From positions 1-64,000 of the IMG/VR virus record IMGVR_UViG_3300033121_001642: a stretch of 64,000 nucleotides of DNA. One strand, written 5' to 3'. Under the pieces are notes generated by a model. It saw only the letters and a list, made by a program, of their open reading frames with translations, searched no databases and was not told the DNA's origin. Positions 19,626-28,323 of this stretch are shown here, in pieces. The translations under genes and the position numbers were made by a program. The DNA is from a virus (Duplodnaviria; Heunggongvirae; Uroviricota; Caudoviricetes). Each line of letters begins with the position of its first letter. Position 1 is the first letter of the stretch.

Positions 19626-20423
19626 ATGTCTAATTGCAAGTTTAGCGTAACGGTCTCGCTGTCCCAAGGAGCAGAAGAATCTATGGAGCAAATGCTTCAT
19701 GGAGACGAACCCTCTTTCTGTCCTCCATTTGATAAAATAGATCAGGAAGCAAAAAAGAATAAAGGTGATTTCTATAGCTGGAACAAAACCTCTTGCGACT
19801 ACTGCTTTGAATCAAAGGAAGATGCTGAACGTTTTATGAAGAATATAAGAAGAAAATTCAAAGACAAGATAGAGGTCAAGTTTCAAGAAGACCAGGAAAG
19901 AGGTCATATGAGATCATTCAAATCTCTACCAGATAGTTTACAAGAAAGAATAAGCGAACTTACGCCAAAGACGATTAATGGCAAGAAAGTTGGTATTCAC
20001 CTTATTGATAGCGGTGTCCTTTTACTTCCTGAAAAAGAAGAGCATTCGGAACTGTTTCGTTTGACCTATGCAAATATTCGATGCAAAATCAGAGGCAAGG
20101 TTATCAGTCAACCCCTAATACTTCGCTCTGCCCCAAAAATGATAGAAAAAGTCCTAAAGAAGACCAAGAATGCTTCTTTTGAAAAAGCTAAGGCTGCTGG
20201 CTGGCAAAATAGCGACATATTCTATGATTCTATCATAAATAGCATCTTTAAGCAGGACGTTTGCGAAGAAAAGTACAACAACAAAAGTTGTCCTGAGATT
20301 GGCTTTGCAACAACTCATGTAAAAATCGTGATTGCCGATTATTTCGGCGAACAGTTTGTTGGTTGGTTTTTCTATAATGAAAATCTTGATGAACCAATGA
20401 ACTATACCAGTTATAGCTCATGA
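19626..20423 (+). CDS. hypothetical Cys-containing protein
   Basis: ORF only. Confidence 0.55.
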   Translation: MSNCKFSVTVSLSQGAEESMEQMLHGDEPSFCPPFDKIDQEAKKNKGDFYSWNKTSCDYCFESKEDAERFMKNIRRKFKDKIEVKFQEDQERGHMRSFKSLPDSLQERISELTPKTINGKKVGIHLIDSGVLLLPEKEEHSELFRLTYANIRCKIRGKVISQPLILRSAPKMIEKVLKKTKNASFEKAKAAGWQNSDIFYDSIINSIFKQDVCEEKYNNKSCPEIGFATTHVKIVIADYFGEQFVGWFFYNENLDEPMNYTSYSS

Positions 20424-20992
20424 TACTCAAATATAGATCAGATTTTGGAGACTACCTCAATAGTCTACATCTTGTTGGACAGGGAGTAGAGATTGGTGTA
20501 AAGCGAGGAGTCTTTTCAGAACTTATTCTTTCAAAATGGAAAGGACAAAAACTATTTTGTATTGATTGCTGGGAAGAACAGGAAAAAGAAGTTTACAATG
20601 ACGCTTCAAATGTTTCTCAAAAGAAACAAGAAGAACACTTGAAAGAAACGAAAAAGCGATTGAAAAAGTTTGGCGACAGGTTTTTTATTATACGAGAAAT
20701 GTCTACGATTGCGGCTTCTATCTTCGATGATGAATCTCTTGATTTTGTCTACATAGACGCAAACCACAAATATGAATATGTAAAACAAGATATCGAAACC
20801 TGGTATGGAAAGGTTCGATATGGGGGATTAATTTCTGGTCACGATTACCTGAATGGCGAAATACCTGTTCATGGAAATTTTGGGGTAAAACAAGCCGTTG
20901 ACGAGTTTGCAAAAAGAATTGGCACGAAAATCCAAACGACAAAAGAGCCTTGGCCCTCTTGGTTCTTTGTGAAAAATCGAAGCCTACTATAG
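20420..20992 (+). CDS. class I SAM-dependent methyltransferase-like protein (Methyltransf_24/TylF-like)
   Basis: G-x-G SAM motif VEIGVKRG; FVYIDANHKYEYV ... GGLISGHDY acidic/aromatic motifs. Confidence 0.6.
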   Translation: MILKYRSDFGDYLNSLHLVGQGVEIGVKRGVFSELILSKWKGQKLFCIDCWEEQEKEVYNDASNVSQKKQEEHLKETKKRLKKFGDRFFIIREMSTIAASIFDDESLDFVYIDANHKYEYVKQDIETWYGKVRYGGLISGHDYLNGEIPVHGNFGVKQAVDEFAKRIGTKIQTTKEPWPSWFFVKNRSLL

Positions 20993-21019
20993 AGGGTCAA
21001 GAGGTTAGCGAGGTAGCGT

Positions 21020-21490
21020 ATGAAAATGTTCGTTACAGAAAAAGAAGCAGCAGACCAGCTTGGATTACCTGTTTCAAAAGTTCACCAACTTGGTGAAGAC
21101 GGTGTTTTCCAGCAATTCATAGATAAAGATATAACGCTATTCAAACAAGAGCAGGTTGACTTGTACAAAGAATCAGAAGAGTACAGAAACCTCTCTGACA
21201 AAGGCGCTGTCTTTGTCCCTCAAAAAGATTACTATGGAAGCGCAACACTGATTATGTTCAGCTTTTGCGCCTTAGTTTTCCTGGTTTCTGTTTTTGCTCG
21301 CCGTCCGCAATTGCTTGAGTTTGTTGTTCCTCCATTAGCCTTGGTGGGACTTGTTTGTTTAGGCCTCAACCTTCTCAAGCATTACAAGGATAAAGAGCAA
21401 AAGAGAAAAGCCGCAGAAACAGCCGCAGAAACTGATCGAGTTCTCGATCAGATTGACAGACTGCAAAGGCAGTCGGAAAGAAAGAGATGA
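21020..21490 (+). CDS. N-terminal HTH (excisionase/MerR-like) DNA-binding domain + two TM helices + charged coiled-coil tail
   Basis: EKEAADQLGLPVSKVHQLGEDG HTH; hydrophobic segments ATLIMFSFCALVFLVSVF and VVPPLALVGLVCLGL. Confidence 0.55.
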   Translation: MKMFVTEKEAADQLGLPVSKVHQLGEDGVFQQFIDKDITLFKQEQVDLYKESEEYRNLSDKGAVFVPQKDYYGSATLIMFSFCALVFLVSVFARRPQLLEFVVPPLALVGLVCLGLNLLKHYKDKEQKRKAAETAAETDRVLDQIDRLQRQSERKR

Positions 21491-22740
21491 GTTATAGAAA
21501 TTCAGGAGCAAATTCGATGAGTCAATTCCCCGTTAAACTTGCTATTTCAGGCGTTATTGGTGTTGGTCTTCTTTTGGGTGGTGTTACCCTTTTTGACCTC
21601 GAAACCGTTGCCGGTAGCGAGGTTGGCGTCAAAGAAACCTGGAGCGGCGTTGATCCCAACCCGCTTCCTCCTGGAACCTATTCCAGAAACCGAATGACGA
21701 CCAACATCTATCGCTACGACATGACGAGCAGAGTTTTCGTCATGAACGATGCGCCTCCTACTTCTGGTGAAACTGGTAAAGGCAGAGACTATGACGCTTA
21801 TCTTGTTCAGTCGCAAGACCAGCAAGACATGCACATCAACCTCAGCGTTCGCTGGAGATTTGATCAGCCTAGCATTATCAACATCCACAAGAACTATCAC
21901 GCCCACATGGACGCTGATGACCCAAACATTATCGAAGAGCGCCTTCTTCGTAATACCGTTCAGTTGGTTGTCAAGAATCACGCAACAAAGATGAAGGCAA
22001 CCGAAGCCTACTCTGGCGAAGGTCTTGTTAGATTGCAAACAGAGATTGAGCAGGATCTCGCTTCTCCCGACAGTGAGCTTCGCAAGCAGGGCGTCATTGT
22101 TGAGAACTTCGTAATCGAGAAGATTGCTCTTGATCCTAACTATGTTGCTGAAATCAAGGCTCGTCAGATTGCTCAGCAAAAGAAACTTCGCGCTGATGAA
22201 GAAGCCAAGGCCGCTGAAGCTGAAGCGCTTAAGGTAAGAGCAGTTGCTCAGGCGGACCTCAATAAGGCGGTTGTTGAGGCTGAAAGAGACAAAGAAGTTG
22301 CCAAACTCAAGGCCGAACAGGTCGCCGCCGCAACCTTAACCGCTGCTGAAGCGCAGAAGAAGCAAACAATCTTAGCTGCTGAGGCTGAGGCCGAAAGATT
22401 GAAGATTGCATCTGAGGCTGAGAAGGCGGCTGCCGAGAACAGAGCATCTGCTGTCCTTGCTGAGGGTCGCGCCAAGGCCGAAGCTCAAAAGCTTCTCTAT
22501 GCGGCTTATGAGGGTATTGGCGGTCAAACCTTTGCTCAGATTGAGATTTCTCGAAACATGGGTTCTGCATTCCAGAACTTCAATGGCTTCCTCCCTCAGA
22601 ACATGAGCTTTACCTCTCTGTCTGGCGACTTCATGGGTGCTATCAGAACGGCTCTTGGCCAGCCTTCTGCTCGTCCTAATACTCCTACCAACGCTTCAAC
22701 AACGGCTCCTGCAACGATGCTCGTTCCTTCAGGTAAGTAA
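21487..22740 (+). CDS. SPFH/band-7 (prohibitin/HflK-like) membrane protein with long Ala/Glu/Lys coiled-coil
   Basis: N-terminal TM; SPFH core; EIKARQIAQQKKLRADEEAKAAEAEALK.. repeats. Confidence 0.75.
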   Translation: MSYRNSGANSMSQFPVKLAISGVIGVGLLLGGVTLFDLETVAGSEVGVKETWSGVDPNPLPPGTYSRNRMTTNIYRYDMTSRVFVMNDAPPTSGETGKGRDYDAYLVQSQDQQDMHINLSVRWRFDQPSIINIHKNYHAHMDADDPNIIEERLLRNTVQLVVKNHATKMKATEAYSGEGLVRLQTEIEQDLASPDSELRKQGVIVENFVIEKIALDPNYVAEIKARQIAQQKKLRADEEAKAAEAEALKVRAVAQADLNKAVVEAERDKEVAKLKAEQVAAATLTAAEAQKKQTILAAEAEAERLKIASEAEKAAAENRASAVLAEGRAKAEAQKLLYAAYEGIGGQTFAQIEISRNMGSAFQNFNGFLPQNMSFTSLSGDFMGAIRTALGQPSARPNTPTNASTTAPATMLVPSGK

Positions 22741-22779
22741 TCCAACAATCCCCTGCTCGAAAGGGCGGGGGGATTGCTT

Positions 22780-22950
22780 ATGAGTAAGAAGTTCGAAGAT
22801 TTCATGCAACCTGTTGCCGAGGAATCCGCTCGCAATAGCGTTATGCATCAAAAGCACGTTATGGGCATGGCAATCATTGCCATGATTTCATGGTTCTGTT
22901 ACAAGATTTCAGAAAAGGTCAAGAATGTCAAGCGCTTTATCTCTAAATAG
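22780..22950 (+). CDS. possible small (56 aa) single-TM protein, below the ORF-track cutoff
   Basis: ATG 22780 after a G-rich SD inside a hairpin; hydrophobic MGMAIIAMISWFCY; overlaps 22925 ORF out of frame. Confidence 0.25.
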   Translation: MSKKFEDFMQPVAEESARNSVMHQKHVMGMAIIAMISWFCYKISEKVKNVKRFISK

Positions 22951-23173
22951 AGGCCAGGTCGTAGCAACAACCAGCTTCGTCAATAAGCTTGGCGGCGGCA
23001 TGAATGTTACCTTCAAAGCCCCAAAGGGTAAAAGGTTTGCTTTCGTATTTCTCGGAGTAGAAGACGACGAGAACCCGATTGAGCCAACTGTTATCCTGAA
23101 TCAAATGGGTTGGTTCCAAAAGAAAAGCGCCGAACCAAAGGCGACTAAGAAAAAGACAAAAGCAAAGAACTAA
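22925..23173 (+). CDS. small basic hypothetical protein
   Basis: ORF only. Confidence 0.35.
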   Translation: MSSALSLNRGQVVATTSFVNKLGGGMNVTFKAPKGKRFAFVFLGVEDDENPIEPTVILNQMGWFQKKSAEPKATKKKTKAKN

Positions 23174-23192
23174 GCCATAACCTCTTCTTCAA

Positions 23193-23234
23193 CCTCCTGA
23201 CTTTGCCGATAAACGGTTAGTCAGGAGGTTTTTT
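23193..23234 (+). terminator. strong intrinsic terminator (10-bp stem CCTCCTGACT/AGTCAGGAGG + TTTTTT). Its 3' arm is the AGGAGG Shine-Dalgarno of the ATPase gene that starts at 23236.
   Basis: Read directly; ATG lies 1 nt after the T-run. Confidence 0.7.
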
Positions 23235-23235
23235 C

Positions 23236-24246
23236 ATGCTCAAAATTCGGTCACTAGAACTATCAAACTACGCAGGTTTCAATAAGCGAAGCGTTTTTAG
23301 ATTTACATATAACAACGGTTCTTATAAGCCTCTTTGCGTATTCTTTGGACCAAATGGTTGCGGAAAGAGTACAGGTCTTAATGCTATCGCTGTCCTTTCT
23401 AGAGCCAAAGCGTATTCAAAAAGAAAGAAAGACGAGGAAAACCTGCTTCTAAGGAAGATGCAATTTCATCCAGATTACGATCCAAACTATGCTGGTTTTA
23501 CAAAGTACAAAGAAGATATGGAAATGATTGCTATATTTGAAAACCAGGTTGGCGAAGAGCTTATTGTTCATATCAAAGACGACGATGTTATAAGAAACGA
23601 TCTTGCAAGTCTTGGCTCTGAAAACGTTGTTTTCATTGACGCAGACCATCCTATAAACAATAACAAGTTTCAAATACCGTCCGAGAGAATTGAACTTTTT
23701 CTTGAACTTGCAGAGGCGATATACGGATATAAATGCTTTGTTGAAAAACCTGTCTCGGCTACAGGTGTTGAAGCAGGTAGCGACTCTCTCAAAGAAATCA
23801 TAAGCGTTTATGCGAATAACTATGAAGCTATTACTTCTTCTGAATCCAAACCTACGGTTTCAAAAGAAGAGATTTACTCTCATCTTTCCGACCATAAAAA
23901 GGCCGAACTTTCATTCTACCAGGATTTTGTAATTCAAAAGGGAGAAGTTAAGGTTCATTATAAGTCAATGAGCGCAGGCGAGAAGAAAATCGCAACACTT
24001 CTTAGAAATCTTTGCGACCCTGCTGTTATTGACAAAAGCGACATTGTTCTGGTTGATAATATAGAGATGCATGTATATTTCAAGAGGCATGTAAAAATGC
24101 TAGAGAAGATACTGGAAAAGTTTCCAACTAAACAGTTTATTGTGACAACTCATAGTAGTCTTATGATTGATCACGTGAAAAGTAAGTTTGGAGATAGCTG
24201 TCTATTCGATATACCAATCATCAAGGGTCAGCCTCTTGTTGATTGA
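23236..24246 (+). CDS. ABC-type (AAA_21/SMC-like) ATPase
   Basis: Walker A GPNGCGKST; signature-like SAGEKK; Walker B IVLVDNIEMH; H-loop TTHS. Confidence 0.8.
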   Translation: MLKIRSLELSNYAGFNKRSVFRFTYNNGSYKPLCVFFGPNGCGKSTGLNAIAVLSRAKAYSKRKKDEENLLLRKMQFHPDYDPNYAGFTKYKEDMEMIAIFENQVGEELIVHIKDDDVIRNDLASLGSENVVFIDADHPINNNKFQIPSERIELFLELAEAIYGYKCFVEKPVSATGVEAGSDSLKEIISVYANNYEAITSSESKPTVSKEEIYSHLSDHKKAELSFYQDFVIQKGEVKVHYKSMSAGEKKIATLLRNLCDPAVIDKSDIVLVDNIEMHVYFKRHVKMLEKILEKFPTKQFIVTTHSSLMIDHVKSKFGDSCLFDIPIIKGQPLVD

Positions 24247-24821
24247 GTATTCACATGGAAGAAAACAAGTCAAGATTCGACATTCTCTCCCAGAAGCTAA
24301 GCGAGTTTTGTTTTGCTTGTAAAGATATTTTCTTAAGCAGAAACAAGATTTCATTAGAAACTTCACGAAAAAACATGGTTACAAAAGTCTTTACTCCCAA
24401 AGAAGGCTCTTGTAAACCTTTTGTTTTCTTAGTTGCAAGTTCTTACTTTGACACAAAGAGAATGATTGAAGTTGTCGCCGCTTGTTTGAAAGTTGCAGGC
24501 AAAGAAGTCGAAACTCCAATGAATATTTCTAAGGAGTTTGTTGATAGACTTGCTGAACATATCTCGCAAAACGACCATTTAATTGTTCGGCTTTTGGAGA
24601 ACTCAATTGTTCTTGTTTCTAATAGACTTGAGTTTCAAGTTTTTGACGTTACAGGAGTTGACCGCCCTTCAAAAGAAACACTTACCCGTTCGTTCTGTTT
24701 GAACCTGGCATTTTGCGGTAAGATTGTTACTAACAATCTTGATAGCTACATAGTTAATGATTACGGAATAGTCAATATCGAAACGCTGGCAAACGCAGAC
24801 AAGGTTATCAATGGCAAATGA
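24243..24821 (+). CDS. hypothetical protein, translationally coupled to the ATPase (4-nt overlap)
   Basis: ORF only. Confidence 0.55.
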   Translation: MSIHMEENKSRFDILSQKLSEFCFACKDIFLSRNKISLETSRKNMVTKVFTPKEGSCKPFVFLVASSYFDTKRMIEVVAACLKVAGKEVETPMNISKEFVDRLAEHISQNDHLIVRLLENSIVLVSNRLEFQVFDVTGVDRPSKETLTRSFCLNLAFCGKIVTNNLDSYIVNDYGIVNIETLANADKVINGK

Positions 24822-25734
24822 ACCTCTAAACGGATGGGGCAAGAACTGTTTGCCTCAATACATAACCGAAGGCAATGTTCGTTATGAACTTGCCTTTAAT
24901 GATGTTGACAACATTGAAGACGGGTATCGGAAGCTACCTCTTGGCTTTGATGTTTCTTGTTTTGGCATTGCCCTTCATAAGGACAATATTTCTACGCATA
25001 TCAATAAAGACTGCAATACCGGATGTTTCTTTGTTCCGTATATTGAAATACAGACCAAAGAGGAACTTGCTCGTTGCGTCAGCAGGCTTGCGGCTCGTCT
25101 TGGCGATGAAGTTTCTAAAATCGAAAAGACTGATAGCCCAACATTGAAGATCATTGTTTCAAAATATGTTGACGAAAAAGGTAATCGCAATTTCGCTATT
25201 GGCGGAACAAATCTCAAACCCAAAAATGAACTAATTCACAAACTAAATGTACAGACCATGCTTTGCGAGCCAATCAAAGTTCAAGATGACGAGTCTTGGT
25301 TTGCTGTTATTGCTGATATGGAAGATCCATATGAAACTCAAACCTTGAGAGTTCATAGAGAATCTATTTTAGATTTTGAAAAACGCAAACTAACAATCGA
25401 CAACAAAAACAAGCATGTATTGAGTTTGCTGCCTAAAGATTCAACCTTTTTTGGCAAGCATCTTGTTGGAGGCTCTTCTCAGAACTTCTATAATCCAAAG
25501 AAGCAAGTGGAAGGTTGTATTTATGGCCTATCTGTAATGAGAGCGTCTTCTGAAAATGAAGTAAACACGATACTTCGCCAGCTTGTTGAGTCTTTCAGGA
25601 ACCTGACGGGTTGCTGCTTTGCTGAGGCTATTGTTCTCTCCCAGGAACATTCTGGGGAAATTTGCGATATCAGCATGGCCGTCTATCAATCAGATATTCC
25701 ATACCTAAGAGAAGACGAAGAGGTTGATTTTTGA
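24811..25734 (+). CDS. hypothetical protein, third gene of the ATPase cassette (overlapping start)
   Basis: ORF only. Confidence 0.55.
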   Translation: MANEPLNGWGKNCLPQYITEGNVRYELAFNDVDNIEDGYRKLPLGFDVSCFGIALHKDNISTHINKDCNTGCFFVPYIEIQTKEELARCVSRLAARLGDEVSKIEKTDSPTLKIIVSKYVDEKGNRNFAIGGTNLKPKNELIHKLNVQTMLCEPIKVQDDESWFAVIADMEDPYETQTLRVHRESILDFEKRKLTIDNKNKHVLSLLPKDSTFFGKHLVGGSSQNFYNPKKQVEGCIYGLSVMRASSENEVNTILRQLVESFRNLTGCCFAEAIVLSQEHSGEICDISMAVYQSDIPYLREDEEVDF

Positions 25735-25764
25735 TTTGTGCTTTTTTAGCACCTACAATTGGTC

Positions 25765-26271
25765 ATGAGACCCAAAGCAATCTATGCGGCAAGCCTTGAC
25801 CCTATTACTGCGGGTCATCTCTGGCTAATCAATCAGGGAACTCAACTTTTTGAAGAGCTTGTTGTTTGCATTGCGGTAAACCCCAACAAAGTTGGCAGGT
25901 ATCTCTTTTCTGTTGAAGAGAGAATCGAAATGACCAGGATTTGTGTTCCTCCGACTGTCAAAGTAATGGCAATTGGTCCGAACTACCTGGTTGATTTCGT
26001 GAAACAAGAAAAAGCAACTCACCTCTTGAGAGGCGTTCGAAATGCCGAAGATTTCTCCGTTGAGTCAACAATGGCTGAAATCAACCGTAGAATGGCTTTA
26101 GATAGAGGCGTTGCCGTCGAAACAGTTATATTGCAGCCGCCGCATGATCTCTCAATCGTTTCGAGCAGTTTTGTGAAAAGCTTGATTGGCTACGACGGAT
26201 GGCAGAAAGAGATAAGGAAATATGTTCCTGAGCATGTTGCGATTGCTCTTGAGGGGAAGGTGAAGAAATGA
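25765..26271 (+). CDS. coaD: phosphopantetheine adenylyltransferase (CoaD/PPAT) homolog
   Basis: KAIYAASLDPITAGHLWLI (T/HxGH nucleotidyltransferase motif); LLRGVRNAEDFSVESTMAEINR matches CoaD RGLRxxxDFEYExQxAxxNR; SIVSSSFVKSL matches ISSSLVKEV. Confidence 0.7.
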   Translation: MRPKAIYAASLDPITAGHLWLINQGTQLFEELVVCIAVNPNKVGRYLFSVEERIEMTRICVPPTVKVMAIGPNYLVDFVKQEKATHLLRGVRNAEDFSVESTMAEINRRMALDRGVAVETVILQPPHDLSIVSSSFVKSLIGYDGWQKEIRKYVPEHVAIALEGKVKK

Positions 26272-27014
26272 GAGATTTCACAAAGATGGCAGATAAGAGA
26301 TTAACTCCCGATATTGGGATGGATTATCTCTTTTACATCTATGACAGAGCAATCAACGCAAGATCAAGTCTTTCTGCTCTTGTTCAAACCAGGGCAAACT
26401 TTGATACTCTTGTTGCGAAATACGCAACTCCAGTTTCTGAGGAGCCTCATGTTGCTCGTCAATATCACGACTTCAACCATGTCATTGAGGGTGTAAAAGA
26501 TATACTCTCAATTGAAAGCGATTGCGATTGTTCTGAGGGATCAATCGACGACGTTTTGTTGGCCTGGTTCTATCATGATTCAATCTATCGCTTAAATCCA
26601 AAGACAACAACCAATGAATCCGAAAGCGCCTGGTACGCTCTTGAGGATCTCGTTGGCATGGGTTTCTCTGCGGAAAGAGCAGGAAGAGTTCACGATCTTG
26701 TTATGTGGACAAAACATGACAAGAACCCTCCTGAAGCGGATTATGAAGCGAACTTAATTGTTGATATAGACTTATTAAGAATCGCTTCAACGCCTGTTGA
26801 AACTTTCTTTGGACGAACCGCAATGGTTCGCAAAGAGTTTTCCTTTATTGACAATAAGACCTGGACCGAAGGTAGAATAGCCTTCTGGAAGGGTTTTTTG
26901 CAGAGGAAAAACGGCAGGGTTTTCAGAACAAGCCATTTTGAACACTTGAACAATATTGCAATCAGCAATATTGAGAAAGAAGTCTTTAGCCTGGAAAGGG
27001 GCATGTTCCTATAA
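26268..27014 (+). CDS. hypothetical protein, possibly HD-type phosphohydrolase-like; coupled to the coaD homolog (ATGA overlap)
   Basis: H..HD-like spacing (YHDFNH; FYHDSIY; DIDLLRIA) - weak. Confidence 0.5.
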   Translation: MRDFTKMADKRLTPDIGMDYLFYIYDRAINARSSLSALVQTRANFDTLVAKYATPVSEEPHVARQYHDFNHVIEGVKDILSIESDCDCSEGSIDDVLLAWFYHDSIYRLNPKTTTNESESAWYALEDLVGMGFSAERAGRVHDLVMWTKHDKNPPEADYEANLIVDIDLLRIASTPVETFFGRTAMVRKEFSFIDNKTWTEGRIAFWKGFLQRKNGRVFRTSHFEHLNNIAISNIEKEVFSLERGMFL

Positions 27015-27025
27015 GGAGATAAGAA

Positions 27026-27229
27026 ATGGGACGAGAAAAGGAATTTGAAGACATCGAGGACTCGTTTGAAACAGAAGAAGACGACGACCTTGATCTTGAC
27101 GATGATGAGGACGAGGACGAAATCGACGACGACGAAGAAGATGAAGAGTTTGACGACGATGAAGAGTACGAAGAAGATTACGAAGACGACGACGATTTCG
27201 ACCTTGACGACGACGATGACGAGTTCTAA
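27026..27229 (+). CDS. hyper-acidic small protein (67 aa, ~75% Asp/Glu)
   Basis: MGREKEFEDIEDSFETEEDDDLDLDDDEDEDEIDDDEEDEEFDDDEEYEEDYEDDDDFDLDDDDDEF. Confidence 0.6.
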   Translation: MGREKEFEDIEDSFETEEDDDLDLDDDEDEDEIDDDEEDEEFDDDEEYEEDYEDDDDFDLDDDDDEF

Positions 27230-27233
27230 ATTG

Positions 27234-27260
27234 AACCCCGCTGCTTGGCGGGGTTTTCTT
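27234..27260 (+). terminator. rho-independent terminator (CCCCGC/GCGGGG stem, TTTTCTTTGG)
   Basis: Read directly. Confidence 0.75.
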
Positions 27261-27262
27261 TG

Positions 27263-27879
27263 GTGAAAAACTGGCCGAGTTCGTTTGTATATTCCGAAAG
27301 AGTGAATTGAACGATAAGCAGCCTTCTGTAGTCGGAACGCAGAAGGCGAATGAACAAGAGTATTCGAGACTCTTCTTTCTTCTCGAATAGGTTTCCCCTC
27401 TTTGGCCTCTGTTGTAAAGGGGGTTACGCTCTAAAAGAGCGGTCTTTGCTGAGAATTCCGACTTCTACAGCATTGTCTTGGAATCCCGCAAGGGATAGCT
27501 GCCTAACAGGCTTTGCCTTTTCACCTGTTGGCGTAGGCGAAAACAAGACGGTCTGACTGAATGAGAACTAAGTCTTAACGCCGACCTTAAAAGATCAACT
27601 TAGTAACCGTTTCGGCGGATTCAGTCGCTTTCGCTTTCCTTTTAGGGATGCGTTGGCGGCTGAAAAGGTTGTTGCGCAGCGCAATTAAGTTGTTATAGCG
27701 CATTATAAACAACTCTTCTATATACTGATACGGATTTGCGAAGCAAAGACGTATCACCGAGCGTAGCGAGGAAAAAGCTGATAACGTTCCAAACTCCCCC
27801 AGCCCAATGAAAAGGTACAGTTTTAGAGTGCCGAAACCTGCTTCCAAAATTGAAATTTTCTAACTAAGGATTTGATAGA
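27263..27879. other. 617-bp non-coding, relatively GC-rich region with several short hairpins; candidate structured RNA or regulatory hub
   Basis: No convincing ORF; hairpin TTCGAGA..TCTCGAA near 27362-27386; composition differs from flanks. Confidence 0.4.
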
Positions 27880-28323
27880 TTGAATATTGAAGACGTACAA
27901 CTCATGCAAATACCTTCAGAAATACTTCGACAGAAGTGTGTTGAAATTGAGTATTCCGAAGATCTAAAACCATTTGCTGACAAGATGTTGTCTATCATGC
28001 TTGCTAATAAAGGTGTTGGATTAGCAGCGAATCAGGCAAATATTCCCTGGAGAATGTTTGTAATGAAAACAGAGAAGATGAAGAAGCCAAAAACCTTCAT
28101 CAATCCAGTTATTCTTTACGAGTGCGTGCCTTACAAAGATACCGAAGGCTGCCTATCCTGTCCTGATGTCAAAAAAGAAATTATTCGAAACAGGTATGTC
28201 CTCATTGAGTATATTAACTATGAGGGTAAAAAAGTAAAAGAGCATCTAAGAGATTTAGAAGCTCGTTGCGCTCAACATGAAATTGATCACTTAAACGGTG
28301 TTCTTATCGTAGATAAGACTTAA
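27880..28323 (+). CDS. def: peptide deformylase
   Basis: Motif 1 GVGLAANQ, motif 2 EGCLS, motif 3 QHEIDHLNG; TTG start with TAAGGA RBS (alternative ATG 27907). Confidence 0.85.
   Translation: MNIEDVQLMQIPSEILRQKCVEIEYSEDLKPFADKMLSIMLANKGVGLAANQANIPWRMFVMKTEKMKKPKTFINPVILYECVPYKDTEGCLSCPDVKKEIIRNRYVLIEYINYEGKKVKEHLRDLEARCAQHEIDHLNGVLIVDKT

Noticed and set aside
21547-22179. 210-aa antisense ORF inside the SPFH gene
   Set aside because: It is embedded opposite a gene with strong domain evidence and has no RBS.
27045-27266. 73-aa alternative-frame ORF over the acidic gene
   Set aside because: It is a low-complexity frame-shadow of the GAC/GAA-rich gene.
27350-27556. 68-aa ORF and 27587..27847(-) 86-aa ORF in the long non-coding region
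   Set aside because: No RBS and atypical composition. The region more likely encodes RNA or regulatory sites.
27263-27879. tRNA or tmRNA in the long intergenic region
   Set aside because: No T-loop-like GTTCRANYC, no acceptor or CCA architecture, and no cloverleaf could be built by eye.
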